Assembly (NCBI GenBank): GCA_026397315.1
Contig: JAPLVC010000004.1
Location: 32,001-96,000, forward strand
DNA: 64,000 bases
Origin: Candidatus Aenigmatarchaeota archaeon
Lineage (GTDB): Archaea > Aenigmatarchaeota > Aenigmatarchaeia > QMZP01 > QMZT01
Direction: 5' to 3'
The first letter of the stretch is position 1. Every line of letters starts with the position of its first letter. Positions 55,197-64,000 of the stretch are shown here, one piece after another. The notes beneath the pieces are model-generated. The model had not been told where the DNA came from, did no database searches, and saw only the letters and a program-made list of their open reading frames with translations. The translations under genes were made by a program, and so were the position numbers.

Positions 55197-55559
55197 ATGT
55201 ACGAGGCAGCCAGCAGTAGTTCGCTAGACGATATCACATTAAAGAAAGGTTTCATGCAATTTCTGAAGGACAAAATAGGCAACATTGAAGATATGGGAAA
55301 CGGAAGAACATACCCTGCACCTATTTTGCAGACTGAACATTTTAAAGTCCATTACAAATGCAACGTCGAAAAAGGAGAAGTCGAAGAATGCGTCAGGCAA
55401 ATACTGGACATGACGGGCGGCTGGCGGCCGGCGGATGCGGAGGAAAATGCGAGATTAGATGCGATGACATTCTTCAGCCCGGACGGCAAAAAAAGAAAAA
55501 CAGTCGAGATAGAACATTACGATGACGAAACTTACATTGCCGTCTTTGATATGCAGTAA
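55197..55559 (+). CDS. Hypothetical protein
   Basis: 120-aa ORF with TATA upstream. Confidence 0.55.
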   Translation: MYEAASSSSLDDITLKKGFMQFLKDKIGNIEDMGNGRTYPAPILQTEHFKVHYKCNVEKGEVEECVRQILDMTGGWRPADAEENARLDAMTFFSPDGKKRKTVEIEHYDDETYIAVFDMQ

Positions 55560-55607
55560 GACCTGAAAATAATTTAAGCATGGATGCTTATTCTTTATCG
55601 TGGTTGC

Positions 55608-56531
55608 ATGGATTCTTACGAAGTCATAATCATCGGCCTCGGCCCAGCAGGCTGCACCGCGGGCATTTACGCCACGCGTTTCGGACTGAAAACTCTTGTC
55701 ATCGGAAAAGAGCCGGGCGGACAGGCGAACGAAGCTCACAAGATCGACAACTACCCGGGCATGCTGGGGGTGAAGGGCGCGGATATAATGAGCAAGTTCC
55801 GCGAGCATGCCAAGGCACTGGGCGTGGAGATTATTTATACCGAGGTCGTGGACATAAAGAAGAAAAGCGACGGCTTCATTGTAAAGACGGAGAGCGGAGA
55901 ATACGAGGCGAAATCGGTCATAATAGCGACCGGCAAGAAGCGCAGGCAGGACATTCCCGGCGAGAACGAGCTGCGCGGACGAGGGGTTTCTAACTGCGCC
56001 ACGTGCGACGCGCCTTTCTTCAAGAACAAGGTCGTGTGTGTAATCGGCGGCAGCAACTCGGCAGTCATGTCTGCGCTCATGCTGGCCGAGCACGCCAAGA
56101 AAACATACCTTACTTACAGGAAAGGCAAGGATGACATGCGCGCCATGCCGACATGGGTGACGTCGGCGGAGACGAACCCCAAGATAGAGATGATATTCAA
56201 CGCGATTCCGAAAAGGATAGAAGGCAAAGAATTTGTCCAGGCTATACTCTTCGACAAGGAAGGCAAGGAATTCAGCCTGAAAGTCGACGGAGTTTTCGTC
56301 GAGAATGGTGCTATACCGCAGACTGAGCTTGCGCTCAAGCTTGGCGTCGCAGTCGAAGAAAAGAGCGGCAAGATAAAAGTCGGGCCCGACATGGTGACGA
56401 ACGTCAAAGGCGTGTTCGCAGCGGGAGACGTGACCAACGGATCGGCGGACTTCGAGCAGATAATAATCGCCGCCGCCGAGGGAGCGAATGCAGCGAGATC
56501 GGCTTACAAATACGTCAGGAAGCGCGACTGA
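55608..56531 (+). CDS. trxB: Thioredoxin reductase
   Basis: IIG.GPAG, NYPG, GVSNCATCD, VIGG.NSA, GVFAAGD. Confidence 0.93.
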   Translation: MDSYEVIIIGLGPAGCTAGIYATRFGLKTLVIGKEPGGQANEAHKIDNYPGMLGVKGADIMSKFREHAKALGVEIIYTEVVDIKKKSDGFIVKTESGEYEAKSVIIATGKKRRQDIPGENELRGRGVSNCATCDAPFFKNKVVCVIGGSNSAVMSALMLAEHAKKTYLTYRKGKDDMRAMPTWVTSAETNPKIEMIFNAIPKRIEGKEFVQAILFDKEGKEFSLKVDGVFVENGAIPQTELALKLGVAVEEKSGKIKVGPDMVTNVKGVFAAGDVTNGSADFEQIIIAAAEGANAARSAYKYVRKRD

Positions 56532-56535
56532 TTCC

Positions 56536-56605
56536 GGAGGCCAGGAGTGAGCAAAGCGAACGACGATGGCTCCCTTTTCGCTTAAGCCTTTGTGAAAAAG
56601 GCTTA
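56536..56605. repeat. Intergenic double stem-loop (REP-like element / terminator)
   Basis: GGAGGCCA...TGGCTCC enclosing GTGAGCAAAGCGAAC; perfect TAAGCCTTT-GTGAA-AAAGGCTTA. Confidence 0.5.
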
Positions 56606-56681
56606 CAAAACTCTAATAAATCTTAATTGTAAATAAAATACTACATTTATTTTCAAACTGAAAAATCGGGTGGGTGGTTGT

Positions 56682-57929
56682 ATGGTGGAAAAGGTTGATC
56701 CTTTCGAGTCTGCGCAGAAGCAGCTCAAGAAGGCGATAAACGTCCTGAAGATGGGCGACGATGTTTATGAAGTTCTTAAAAATGTCGCTGAATATCTTGA
56801 GGTTTCAATTCCTGTTAGGATGGACAACGGGAAGATTCGCGTTTTCAAAGGCTACCGTGCGCATCACAACAACATGCGCGGTCCCTACAAGGGCGGCATA
56901 CGCTTTCACCCCGATGTCAACATAAGCGAGGTCAAGGCTCTCGCGTCCTGGATGACTTGGAAATGTTCCGTCGTCGGGATTCCGTACGGCGGAGCGAAGG
57001 GCGGCGTCGTGTGCAACCCGAAGGAAATGAGTGAAGGCGAACTCGAACGGCTTTCTCGCGGATACATACGCGCGGTCGGCGATTTCATCGGCCCGAAGAA
57101 AGACATACCAGCGCCAGACGTCTACACGACGCCCAAGATAATGGCGTGGATGATGGACGAGTTCTCGAAAAGGAAGGGTTATAACGCGCCCGGCGTGATA
57201 ACGGGCAAGCCAGTGGATGCGTTCGGTTCCGAGGGACGCGACGAAGCGACGGGCTTAGGCCTCTACGTCATCACCAGGGAGCTGCTCAAACACCTCAAGC
57301 TTGACCCGAAGAAAATGACGGCCGTGATACAGGGTTACGGAAATCTCGGCCATGTGGTCGCGGACAGGTATGACAAGATGGGAATAAGGGTCATCGCCGC
57401 TTCGGATTCGAAAGGCGGCATATACAATCCCGATGGCCTCAGGCCGGCTGACATAATGACCCAGAAGGACAAGACCGGTAGCGTCGTGGGCCTTAGGGGC
57501 ACGAAGCAGATAACCAACGATGAGTTGTTCAGCCTGAAGTGCGACATCCTCACGCCATGCGCTCTCGAGAATGTTATAACGAAAGAGAACGCGCCCAAGA
57601 TACAGGCGAAGTTAATCATCGAAGGCGCGAATGGCCCGACGACGCCGGAAGCGGACGAGATTCTTTTCAAGAGGGGCGTGACGCTCGTGCCGGACATACT
57701 CGCGAATGCGGGCGGCGTGACCGTGTCGTATTTCGAATGGGTCCAGAACAACATGAACTATTACTGGCCGAAGGAAGAGGTCAACGAAAAGCTCGACAGG
57801 ATAATGACCAAAGCCTTCCGCGGCGTCGCTGAGATCATGGGCAAATACAAGGTCGACATGAGAACCGCTGCATACATGCAGTCCGTAAAGCGCGTTGCAG
57901 AGGCTATGAAACTCAGGGGCTTCGGGTAG
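56682..57929 (+). CDS. gdhA: Glutamate dehydrogenase (Glu/Leu/Phe/Val family)
   Basis: GPYKGGIRFHP, MTWKC, GGAKGG, DIPAPDV, EGANGP, PDILANAGGV.VSYFEW.QN. Confidence 0.95.
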   Translation: MVEKVDPFESAQKQLKKAINVLKMGDDVYEVLKNVAEYLEVSIPVRMDNGKIRVFKGYRAHHNNMRGPYKGGIRFHPDVNISEVKALASWMTWKCSVVGIPYGGAKGGVVCNPKEMSEGELERLSRGYIRAVGDFIGPKKDIPAPDVYTTPKIMAWMMDEFSKRKGYNAPGVITGKPVDAFGSEGRDEATGLGLYVITRELLKHLKLDPKKMTAVIQGYGNLGHVVADRYDKMGIRVIAASDSKGGIYNPDGLRPADIMTQKDKTGSVVGLRGTKQITNDELFSLKCDILTPCALENVITKENAPKIQAKLIIEGANGPTTPEADEILFKRGVTLVPDILANAGGVTVSYFEWVQNNMNYYWPKEEVNEKLDRIMTKAFRGVAEIMGKYKVDMRTAAYMQSVKRVAEAMKLRGFG

Positions 57930-57937
57930 GTGCTGAG

Positions 57938-58264
57938 ATGACAGCAGTAGTGGCAGAACTTAGCGATTCGAATTTCAACGATTTCGTTGCGAAGCACAAG
58001 GTCGCGCTGGTGGATTTTTACGCCGACTGGTGCGGCCCGTGCCAGGCCATGAAACCGGTCATCGACGAGCTAGCCGGCGAGATGAAAGGCAAAGTCTCTT
58101 TTGCGAAAGCGAACATGGACAAGGCCGGCGCTACTGCGAACAAATACGGCATCATGTCCATACCCACGCTGCTCATATTCAAAAACGGCAAGATGATGGA
58201 CAGGCTCGTCGGAGCGTTCCCGAAGGACATGATAAAGCAGAGACTCGCCAAAATGGTCGAGTGA
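57938..58264 (+). CDS. trxA: Thioredoxin
   Basis: DFYADWCGPC, SIPTL. Confidence 0.96.
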   Translation: MTAVVAELSDSNFNDFVAKHKVALVDFYADWCGPCQAMKPVIDELAGEMKGKVSFAKANMDKAGATANKYGIMSIPTLLIFKNGKMMDRLVGAFPKDMIKQRLAKMVE

Positions 58265-58374
58265 AAGAGTGATAACCGGCGACATCAGGAAACGGATAGC
58301 AGAAAACGTTTAAACATTACGCGGGTTACGCAACTTCTGAAAGCATAAATAGTTAAATAATAATTAAATATAAC

Positions 58375-61300
58375 ATGGGTAGGGCTACTTTCAGGGGTGG
58401 GTTGATCGTTTTTTCTGCACTTTTGTTGTCTTTCTTTTTTGTGTCCGTTTTGCCTTCGCTGGCATATTTCGCATTTGACGTTCCGGTCGTTGATAACCGC
58501 GACTTGGGCCTTTTCGCGAAAGGCGAACCTATGGACTTCAACATCAACATGACTTTCGACTACCCGTTCCCGCCCGCGGAGAACGCAACGCAGCTAACGG
58601 CCGAGGTCTGGAGAAACGGCGAGATGCTGCAGTCGAAGACGCTCACCTTGAGCAAGTTCCTTGAGAAATATAAAATCGCCAGCAACGGCAAATACGCGTT
58701 CCGCCCCATATATTTCAACTTCTCGGTTTTCGTCGAGGCCAAGAACGTTTCCTACTCGCCGACGACGTTCACATACGGCGTGCGCCAGTCGAGGAGAACG
58801 CCCTACGAGAACGAGGATGACAAGAAATGGAAGGTTTCCGGCAGGATTGTGCAGGGCACACAATATGGTTTCGACATATACAACAACTATTGTTCCGGCC
58901 CGTGGGATTTCAACGAACAAGCTTGGCCCGTATCACGCGGATATATGTGCTACAGGCAGGCGGGCGACGAGGAGTGCAGGAAAGGTGGCGTGTCGGCCAT
59001 AGAGTGTAAGGCCACTTACGGCAGCACCGGCACCGCCCCCTGCGCCTTATGTTGCAGCCCCAGATGTCAACTGTCCAACACCGATTGTGTGTGCATGAAA
59101 TCCGGCTTAAACGAAGATTGTGATACGGAGAATATGCCATGCACCAAGTTCCAACAAAATCCGCAGCAACATTGGGTCACGGTACAAAGCACATGCTGCG
59201 TGGAGCAGGAAATTTTAGGTTACACATGTTCCGCGTCAATCAACGGAATTTGTTTAAAGAACAATGAAGCGGGAAGTCACGAAGAAACTATTGAAATATC
59301 GAGGGGCACTTGGGACGAGGTTTCCGGCGAGACTTCATGGACAGCGCCGGTGCAAAAAGGAGCTGTCCTTTATTTCGAAGTCGGTGACAGCAGGAACGTG
59401 CCCAACGACCCAATCGCGTCGCCGGCAGTGCCTAACATGAAATGGTCTTCCGCGCATTCGTGGAAATTCGAGACCTATGTGATACCCACGCAAAGCGTGA
59501 ACGGCAAGGTGCTCAGGGTTTACCCGGACGACGGCATGAGATATTTCTTTTACAAGCTTGATGCAAACAACAACTGGGTGCCTGCAAGCACTCAGAACTG
59601 GTCCTGCGTTACGGGCCAGTTCGACAATACCGTCCTTGCGGACGGCAAGACTCCTACAAAAATAAACGGCTGCCCGATTTCTCTTTATATGAATAAAAAT
59701 TCGTGGTATAAGCTCGAGTTCTATCTTTACAACGACCCATGGGGCAGGAGCGAAGGCGGCGGAGAAAGCAGCGACAGCGAAAACCCGCTAGGCCTGAGAA
59801 TCGAGGACTACCAGACCAAGTCAGCGTCCCTGCTTGACATCCTCGGGACCGGGAGCATCATGAGCAGCGAGCCGCCGGGAGACGACGGCGCGGTCATAGG
59901 CGGCTCCGCGACAGTATTTGCGAACGAGGGCCTCAAAGAAATAAGGGACTTCAAGATGTTCGCCACCACGCACTCGGTCGACAGCTGCTCCAGCGGCGTC
60001 GACTGCTCGATGAGGGCAGCCTGCGGCAACTCTGATTACAACGGGGTGAAGACGAACAAGTATGGTTGGATACTCAACCACGCCATTTACCCGTTCGAGT
60101 GGAGCGACGTGGGCGGCGTTTCGACGACGAAAGCCGGCTACATAACCAGCACCGGCAAGAACGGCGGGGAAAAAATGGCCATCGACGCGCCGAGCATAAC
60201 ACCCGTGAACGGATACGGGAGATACAAATACACCAACATGTGGTTTGACGACAACACGAGGCATTACATCGGTGGCATTTACAAATGCGCGAAGGAATGG
60301 CCTTCATGGGCGGCTGACTGTCCGGAAGAGAATAACAGATACAGCTACGCGAGAGGCTCTGACCAGATAAAATGCTGCTACGTCAGTTCGACCGTCACTG
60401 GCACCGACCAGAAAGTGACCATCGAATATGACACTAGATACCAATACATTATAAACTTCCTTCCCGGCGCGGGCGACAAGCTCTGCGTCGCTTCGGAATA
60501 CAACGCAGGCAGCGGGGCTGCCATGCAGACGGTCTATCAGTCCAATTACACGAACGCGCTGTGCGACACGAAGACGGGAAGCCGCTGCTGCTACTGCAGG
60601 CCCGGATGGGGCTGCAAGATGGACTGCTCCAACGAACTTAACATGACGGCTTCCAGCAAGTTCGCGCTACCGTTCCCGGCAATAGGACCTTTCTGGGAGA
60701 TTAAGAACGCGCGCATAAGATTCGAAGCTACAGAGCCGCCGGTCGTCATCAACCTTACGTCGGAAGGCAACGCCCAGGACGGGTGGGACATAAAGGCGAA
60801 TCTCGGCGACAGGGCGACGCTGATGCTGGACAAGAACTATACCATACCTCTCAACCTTTACAATGATTTCGGCCTCAAGGCGCCTGATGAAATGCTGACT
60901 GGCGCGAGGGATACACTGAGGCTTTCGCTCAACACTTCCACGACGCTCAGCGGATTTTACATACCATTCTGCAGGATGGAAAACGGCAACACCAGAATAT
61001 CCTGCGACTACACGTTCCACACGGTAGACTGCACTAAGGAAGGCGTCAGGAGCAGCTATTACGATGAAGAAACGTATCCCGCTACCAAGGGCAAGGGCGC
61101 GTGCAAAGCGGGCGTCAGGACATGCGTCAAGTTAGGCGAGAACAACCTTAGGTGGGTCTACGACACCACGAACGACATGCCCGTCTACCCTGCGCCGGAA
61201 ACGTGCAACGGCAAGGACGACGACTGCAACGGGCTGGTCGACGATGTGAAGACTTTCGACATGATAATAAATGAAATAATAAGCGCTGGCGGCAAGAAAA

Positions 61301-64000
61301 ACCCATACCAGGTCACGAAGTGCGCCTGTTTCATGGGAGCTGCGTCGTCTGACGAACGTTGCAACAACATAGACGACGACTGCAACGGCGTCGTGGACGA
61401 CAGCTCTGTTACAATGTGGTCTAACACCTGCGACAGCGCCGTCAAGCAATGTGTGAAAGAAGGCAGCCCGTACGAGTGGTGCAAGAGCCTTTACAACTCA
61501 ACGCAATGCTCGCTTACACAAACGCAGATAACAGTGACGGGCAACGTTACTGTGAACACGTGCACGGAAAAGATGCGCGCCTGCATGGACAACGCTCACG
61601 TTCTGCCGTCCGGTACACAGGTCAAATTCACATACGAAGAATGCAAACAGTTCTACAACAACTATTCCTGTTTCTTTAATGAGAAGAAAATCGTCGCGCT
61701 GGGCGACACGTGCAGGTGCACGCTTTCTAATCCGCAGCCTGAAACGTGCAACGGCGTTGACGACGATTGTAACAACATAATAGACGACGTGGAAAACGCC
61801 ACAACATGTGGCTGCGCTTTCCTTATGAACACGTCACTTGTCGCTAACCTGAAGGCATCCGGCGACGTTTCCTGCGACGGCATAGATTCCGACTGCAACG
61901 GCGCGATAGACGACGGGGCGAAAAATTGCGCGTGCACAGGGAGACCGGCGATAGACGTGGTTGAAATAAAAGGCAAGGTCAAGGAGATGTGCGACGGCAT
62001 AGACAACGACTGCAACGGCCTCACCGACGAGGCGTTCCCGCAGGTGGGCAAGCCGTGCGGCTACGGCCTGTGCTCGGGCGGCATATACGTCTGCGGAGTG
62101 CACGGCGACAAGGCCGTGTGCAACACCACTGTCAATCCGGACGAGACTTTCAACGGCAAGGCCATAAAGCTCAACTACGCCGAGACGTGCGATCTCAGGG
62201 ATAACGACTGCGACTATTCGATTGACGAGGACTGCTCCTGCACGCCGGAAAGCGCTGTCAAGCTGTGCGGCTACCAGAGCGGCATTTACTACAAAGATAA
62301 AACGCAGCTCACGCAGACGTGCAATCAGGCCATGACCGAGCTGAAGAAGCTCATCACGTGGGCCGAAGCGCCTGAGAACGTGAAATACAGGCGCATGCTC
62401 ACGGTCAGGAACAACGAAAACGTGGCGCTGGAAAACTACCCGATAAACTTCAGCCTGAACACTTTCATGTTGAACCAGACCAAGAAGATGCGTCCGGACG
62501 GCGGCGACCTGAGAATATTGCCAGCCGACGGAGAGAAAAATCTCGACTGGAACAACTCCAATCCATTCGTCAGGGCGCAGACGACCATATGGTTCAAGGC
62601 TAGCCTCCCGGCAAACCAGGAGAAGAAATTCTACGTTTATTACGGCAATCCCACAGCGACGTACAAACCGGTCACGCTTAGCGAAGTCACGGGACTCACT
62701 TACGGCATAGGAGTCTTCCTTTTATGCCATTTCGAAGGCACGACCGCTTGCGAGGGAAACATGGTGCCCAGATATGACAACGGCGTGACATTCCAGAGCG
62801 CACAGAGGGAGCTTCTGGGCGAAGTGGTCGATACGCAGGGAGCCTTCATAAACGGCTTCGACAAGCTCACTTACCCGACTTCCGAGAACTTCAACAAGAA
62901 CCGCGGCACGGTAATGATGTGGTTCTATCCTGAAGACGTGACGGAAGATCATTACCTGTTCTATTCTACCGACCTTTCGGGCAATCCGCAGTTCGGCCTG
63001 CATTTCAACGAGAACGGCACGTTCTTCGAGGCGTACGACAAGCTCGGCAACGCCCGCAGGATAAACGGCGGAATAGTCAATATCGGCTGGCATCACATAG
63101 CCGTCACATGGGACAACCTCAAGGGCACGAAAATATACATGGACGGAGCCCTGAGAAACAGCACATCCGCTTCATGGGAAGCGAATGACATAGGCGTTGA
63201 TGTGTACGTCGGCGGCGACGGGACGTCAAAGACGGCTTATTCGCTAATCGACGAGCTGGCGGTCTACTCGCAGGAGCTCGACCAGGCATCCATACGCGAG
63301 AAGATGCGCTATTACAAGCCTTATGTGACGATGGGTCCTGAGGAGACTCTGAACGAAACCGTGGCTACGACCGAAACTGATGTGTATGAAAAATGCACGG
63401 TAATGCTGCAGAACATAAGCGCGGACGAGGCGAAGAAGGCGACGATACTCAGCCTCTGCGATACTGTAAGGATATGCAGCAAGACCGACTTCCCGATAAA
63501 TTCCATAAGCGAATGCACGTTCGGCGTGCAGACGTGCGCTAGCGGTCAATGGGCCGCATGCACGGCAGTCCAGCCGAAGACCGAAGTGTGCAACCTTAAA
63601 GACGACGACTGCAACGGGCTGATAGACGATGTCGCGGTGCCGGAAACATGTGCATGCTCAAACGGCGGCGAGCCCGGCATCGAGTTGTGCAACGGCATTG
63701 ACGACGACTGCAACGGCAAGATAGACGATGTGAGAGGCATGGACACGGCGTTCTCGACGCACTGCGGATGCTACGACCAGATCGTCAACATCACGCAGAA
63801 GAACTCGGAGAAAGAAACGCTGTGCAATGCCATAGACGACAACTGCGACGGCACTATAGACGAGGGCATAGAGAAGTGCGCGTGCGCGGGAACGTCTTTC
63901 AATTCAGCTCTCAACTCAGTGGGGCCCGCTGTCGGAGAAGAGAAGTGCGACGACGTGGACAACGATTGCAACATGGTAATAGACGACCCGTGGATACAGG
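58375..64000 (+). CDS. Second giant secreted Cys-rich protein (>1875 aa, 3'-truncated): at least 10 MopE-like repeats, DUF2341, LamG domain
   Basis: ATG 58375 MGRATFRGGLIVFSALLLSFFF; frame apparently open to the window end (spot-checked, hence absent from the track); CNGxDDDCNG repeats from 61200; DGGDLR..IWFK..YVYYGN (~62390-62660); WHHIAVTWD..IYMDG..IDELAVY (~62720-63300). Confidence 0.9.
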   Translation, partial: MGRATFRGGLIVFSALLLSFFFVSVLPSLAYFAFDVPVVDNRDLGLFAKGEPMDFNINMTFDYPFPPAENATQLTAEVWRNGEMLQSKTLTLSKFLEKYKIASNGKYAFRPIYFNFSVFVEAKNVSYSPTTFTYGVRQSRRTPYENEDDKKWKVSGRIVQGTQYGFDIYNNYCSGPWDFNEQAWPVSRGYMCYRQAGDEECRKGGVSAIECKATYGSTGTAPCALCCSPRCQLSNTDCVCMKSGLNEDCDTENMPCTKFQQNPQQHWVTVQSTCCVEQEILGYTCSASINGICLKNNEAGSHEETIEISRGTWDEVSGETSWTAPVQKGAVLYFEVGDSRNVPNDPIASPAVPNMKWSSAHSWKFETYVIPTQSVNGKVLRVYPDDGMRYFFYKLDANNNWVPASTQNWSCVTGQFDNTVLADGKTPTKINGCPISLYMNKNSWYKLEFYLYNDPWGRSEGGGESSDSENPLGLRIEDYQTKSASLLDILGTGSIMSSEPPGDDGAVIGGSATVFANEGLKEIRDFKMFATTHSVDSCSSGVDCSMRAACGNSDYNGVKTNKYGWILNHAIYPFEWSDVGGVSTTKAGYITSTGKNGGEKMAIDAPSITPVNGYGRYKYTNMWFDDNTRHYIGGIYKCAKEWPSWAADCPEENNRYSYARGSDQIKCCYVSSTVTGTDQKVTIEYDTRYQYIINFLPGAGDKLCVASEYNAGSGAAMQTVYQSNYTNALCDTKTGSRCCYCRPGWGCKMDCSNELNMTASSKFALPFPAIGPFWEIKNARIRFEATEPPVVINLTSEGNAQDGWDIKANLGDRATLMLDKNYTIPLNLYNDFGLKAPDEMLTGARDTLRLSLNTSTTLSGFYIPFCRMENGNTRISCDYTFHTVDCTKEGVRSSYYDEETYPATKGKGACKAGVRTCVKLGENNLRWVYDTTNDMPVYPAPETCNGKDDDCNGLVDDVKTFDMIINEIISAGGKKNPYQVTKCACFMGAASSDERCNNIDDDCNGVVDDSSVTMWSNTCDSAVKQCVKEGSPYEWCKSLYNSTQCSLTQTQITVTGNVTVNTCTEKMRACMDNAHVLPSGTQVKFTYEECKQFYNNYSCFFNEKKIVALGDTCRCTLSNPQPETCNGVDDDCNNIIDDVENATTCGCAFLMNTSLVANLKASGDVSCDGIDSDCNGAIDDGAKNCACTGRPAIDVVEIKGKVKEMCDGIDNDCNGLTDEAFPQVGKPCGYGLCSGGIYVCGVHGDKAVCNTTVNPDETFNGKAIKLNYAETCDLRDNDCDYSIDEDCSCTPESAVKLCGYQSGIYYKDKTQLTQTCNQAMTELKKLITWAEAPENVKYRRMLTVRNNENVALENYPINFSLNTFMLNQTKKMRPDGGDLRILPADGEKNLDWNNSNPFVRAQTTIWFKASLPANQEKKFYVYYGNPTATYKPVTLSEVTGLTYGIGVFLLCHFEGTTACEGNMVPRYDNGVTFQSAQRELLGEVVDTQGAFINGFDKLTYPTSENFNKNRGTVMMWFYPEDVTEDHYLFYSTDLSGNPQFGLHFNENGTFFEAYDKLGNARRINGGIVNIGWHHIAVTWDNLKGTKIYMDGALRNSTSASWEANDIGVDVYVGGDGTSKTAYSLIDELAVYSQELDQASIREKMRYYKPYVTMGPEETLNETVATTETDVYEKCTVMLQNISADEAKKATILSLCDTVRICSKTDFPINSISECTFGVQTCASGQWAACTAVQPKTEVCNLKDDDCNGLIDDVAVPETCACSNGGEPGIELCNGIDDDCNGKIDDVRGMDTAFSTHCGCYDQIVNITQKNSEKETLCNAIDDNCDGTIDEGIEKCACAGTSFNSALNSVGPAVGEEKCDDVDNDCNMVIDDPWIQ

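Overview
64 kb of an archaeal chromosome. The evidence is rpl40e, rps6e, the RNase P proteins Pop5/Rpp14 and Rpp30, a DGGGP synthase, TATA-type promoters and a BHB-intron tRNA. Gene content and style (giant Cys-rich surface proteins, many short singleton ORFs, HEPN-MNT) suggest a DPANN-type archaeon; that assignment is inference. Most of the window is housekeeping and cofactor genes: nadAB, NMNAT, PPAT, type II PanK, thiI/E1, ftsZ, glyA, tandem thyX, trxB/trxA, gdh, Mg2+ transporters and an orphan A-ATPase c subunit. There are two giant secreted proteins. One is ~3366 aa; the other is >1875 aa, runs off the right end and is absent from the ORF track. Main observations: (1) a tRNA-Ser(UGA) split by three introns (D-loop, anticodon, variable arm), whose 119-nt anticodon intron has C/D-like boxes and segments antisense to the conserved 5' end of archaeal 16S rRNA; (2) a ~500-bp two-gene cassette bracketed by IS200/IS605-like hairpin ends with no transposase; (3) an MltB-family lytic transglycosylase in an archaeon; (4) compositional mosaicism and a shared 39-bp block among the surface-protein genes; (5) a dispersed ACTCA-N4-TGAGT palindrome and an unannotated 44-aa Cys-rich protein. 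No CRISPR array, rRNA, integrase or reverse transcriptase was seen.
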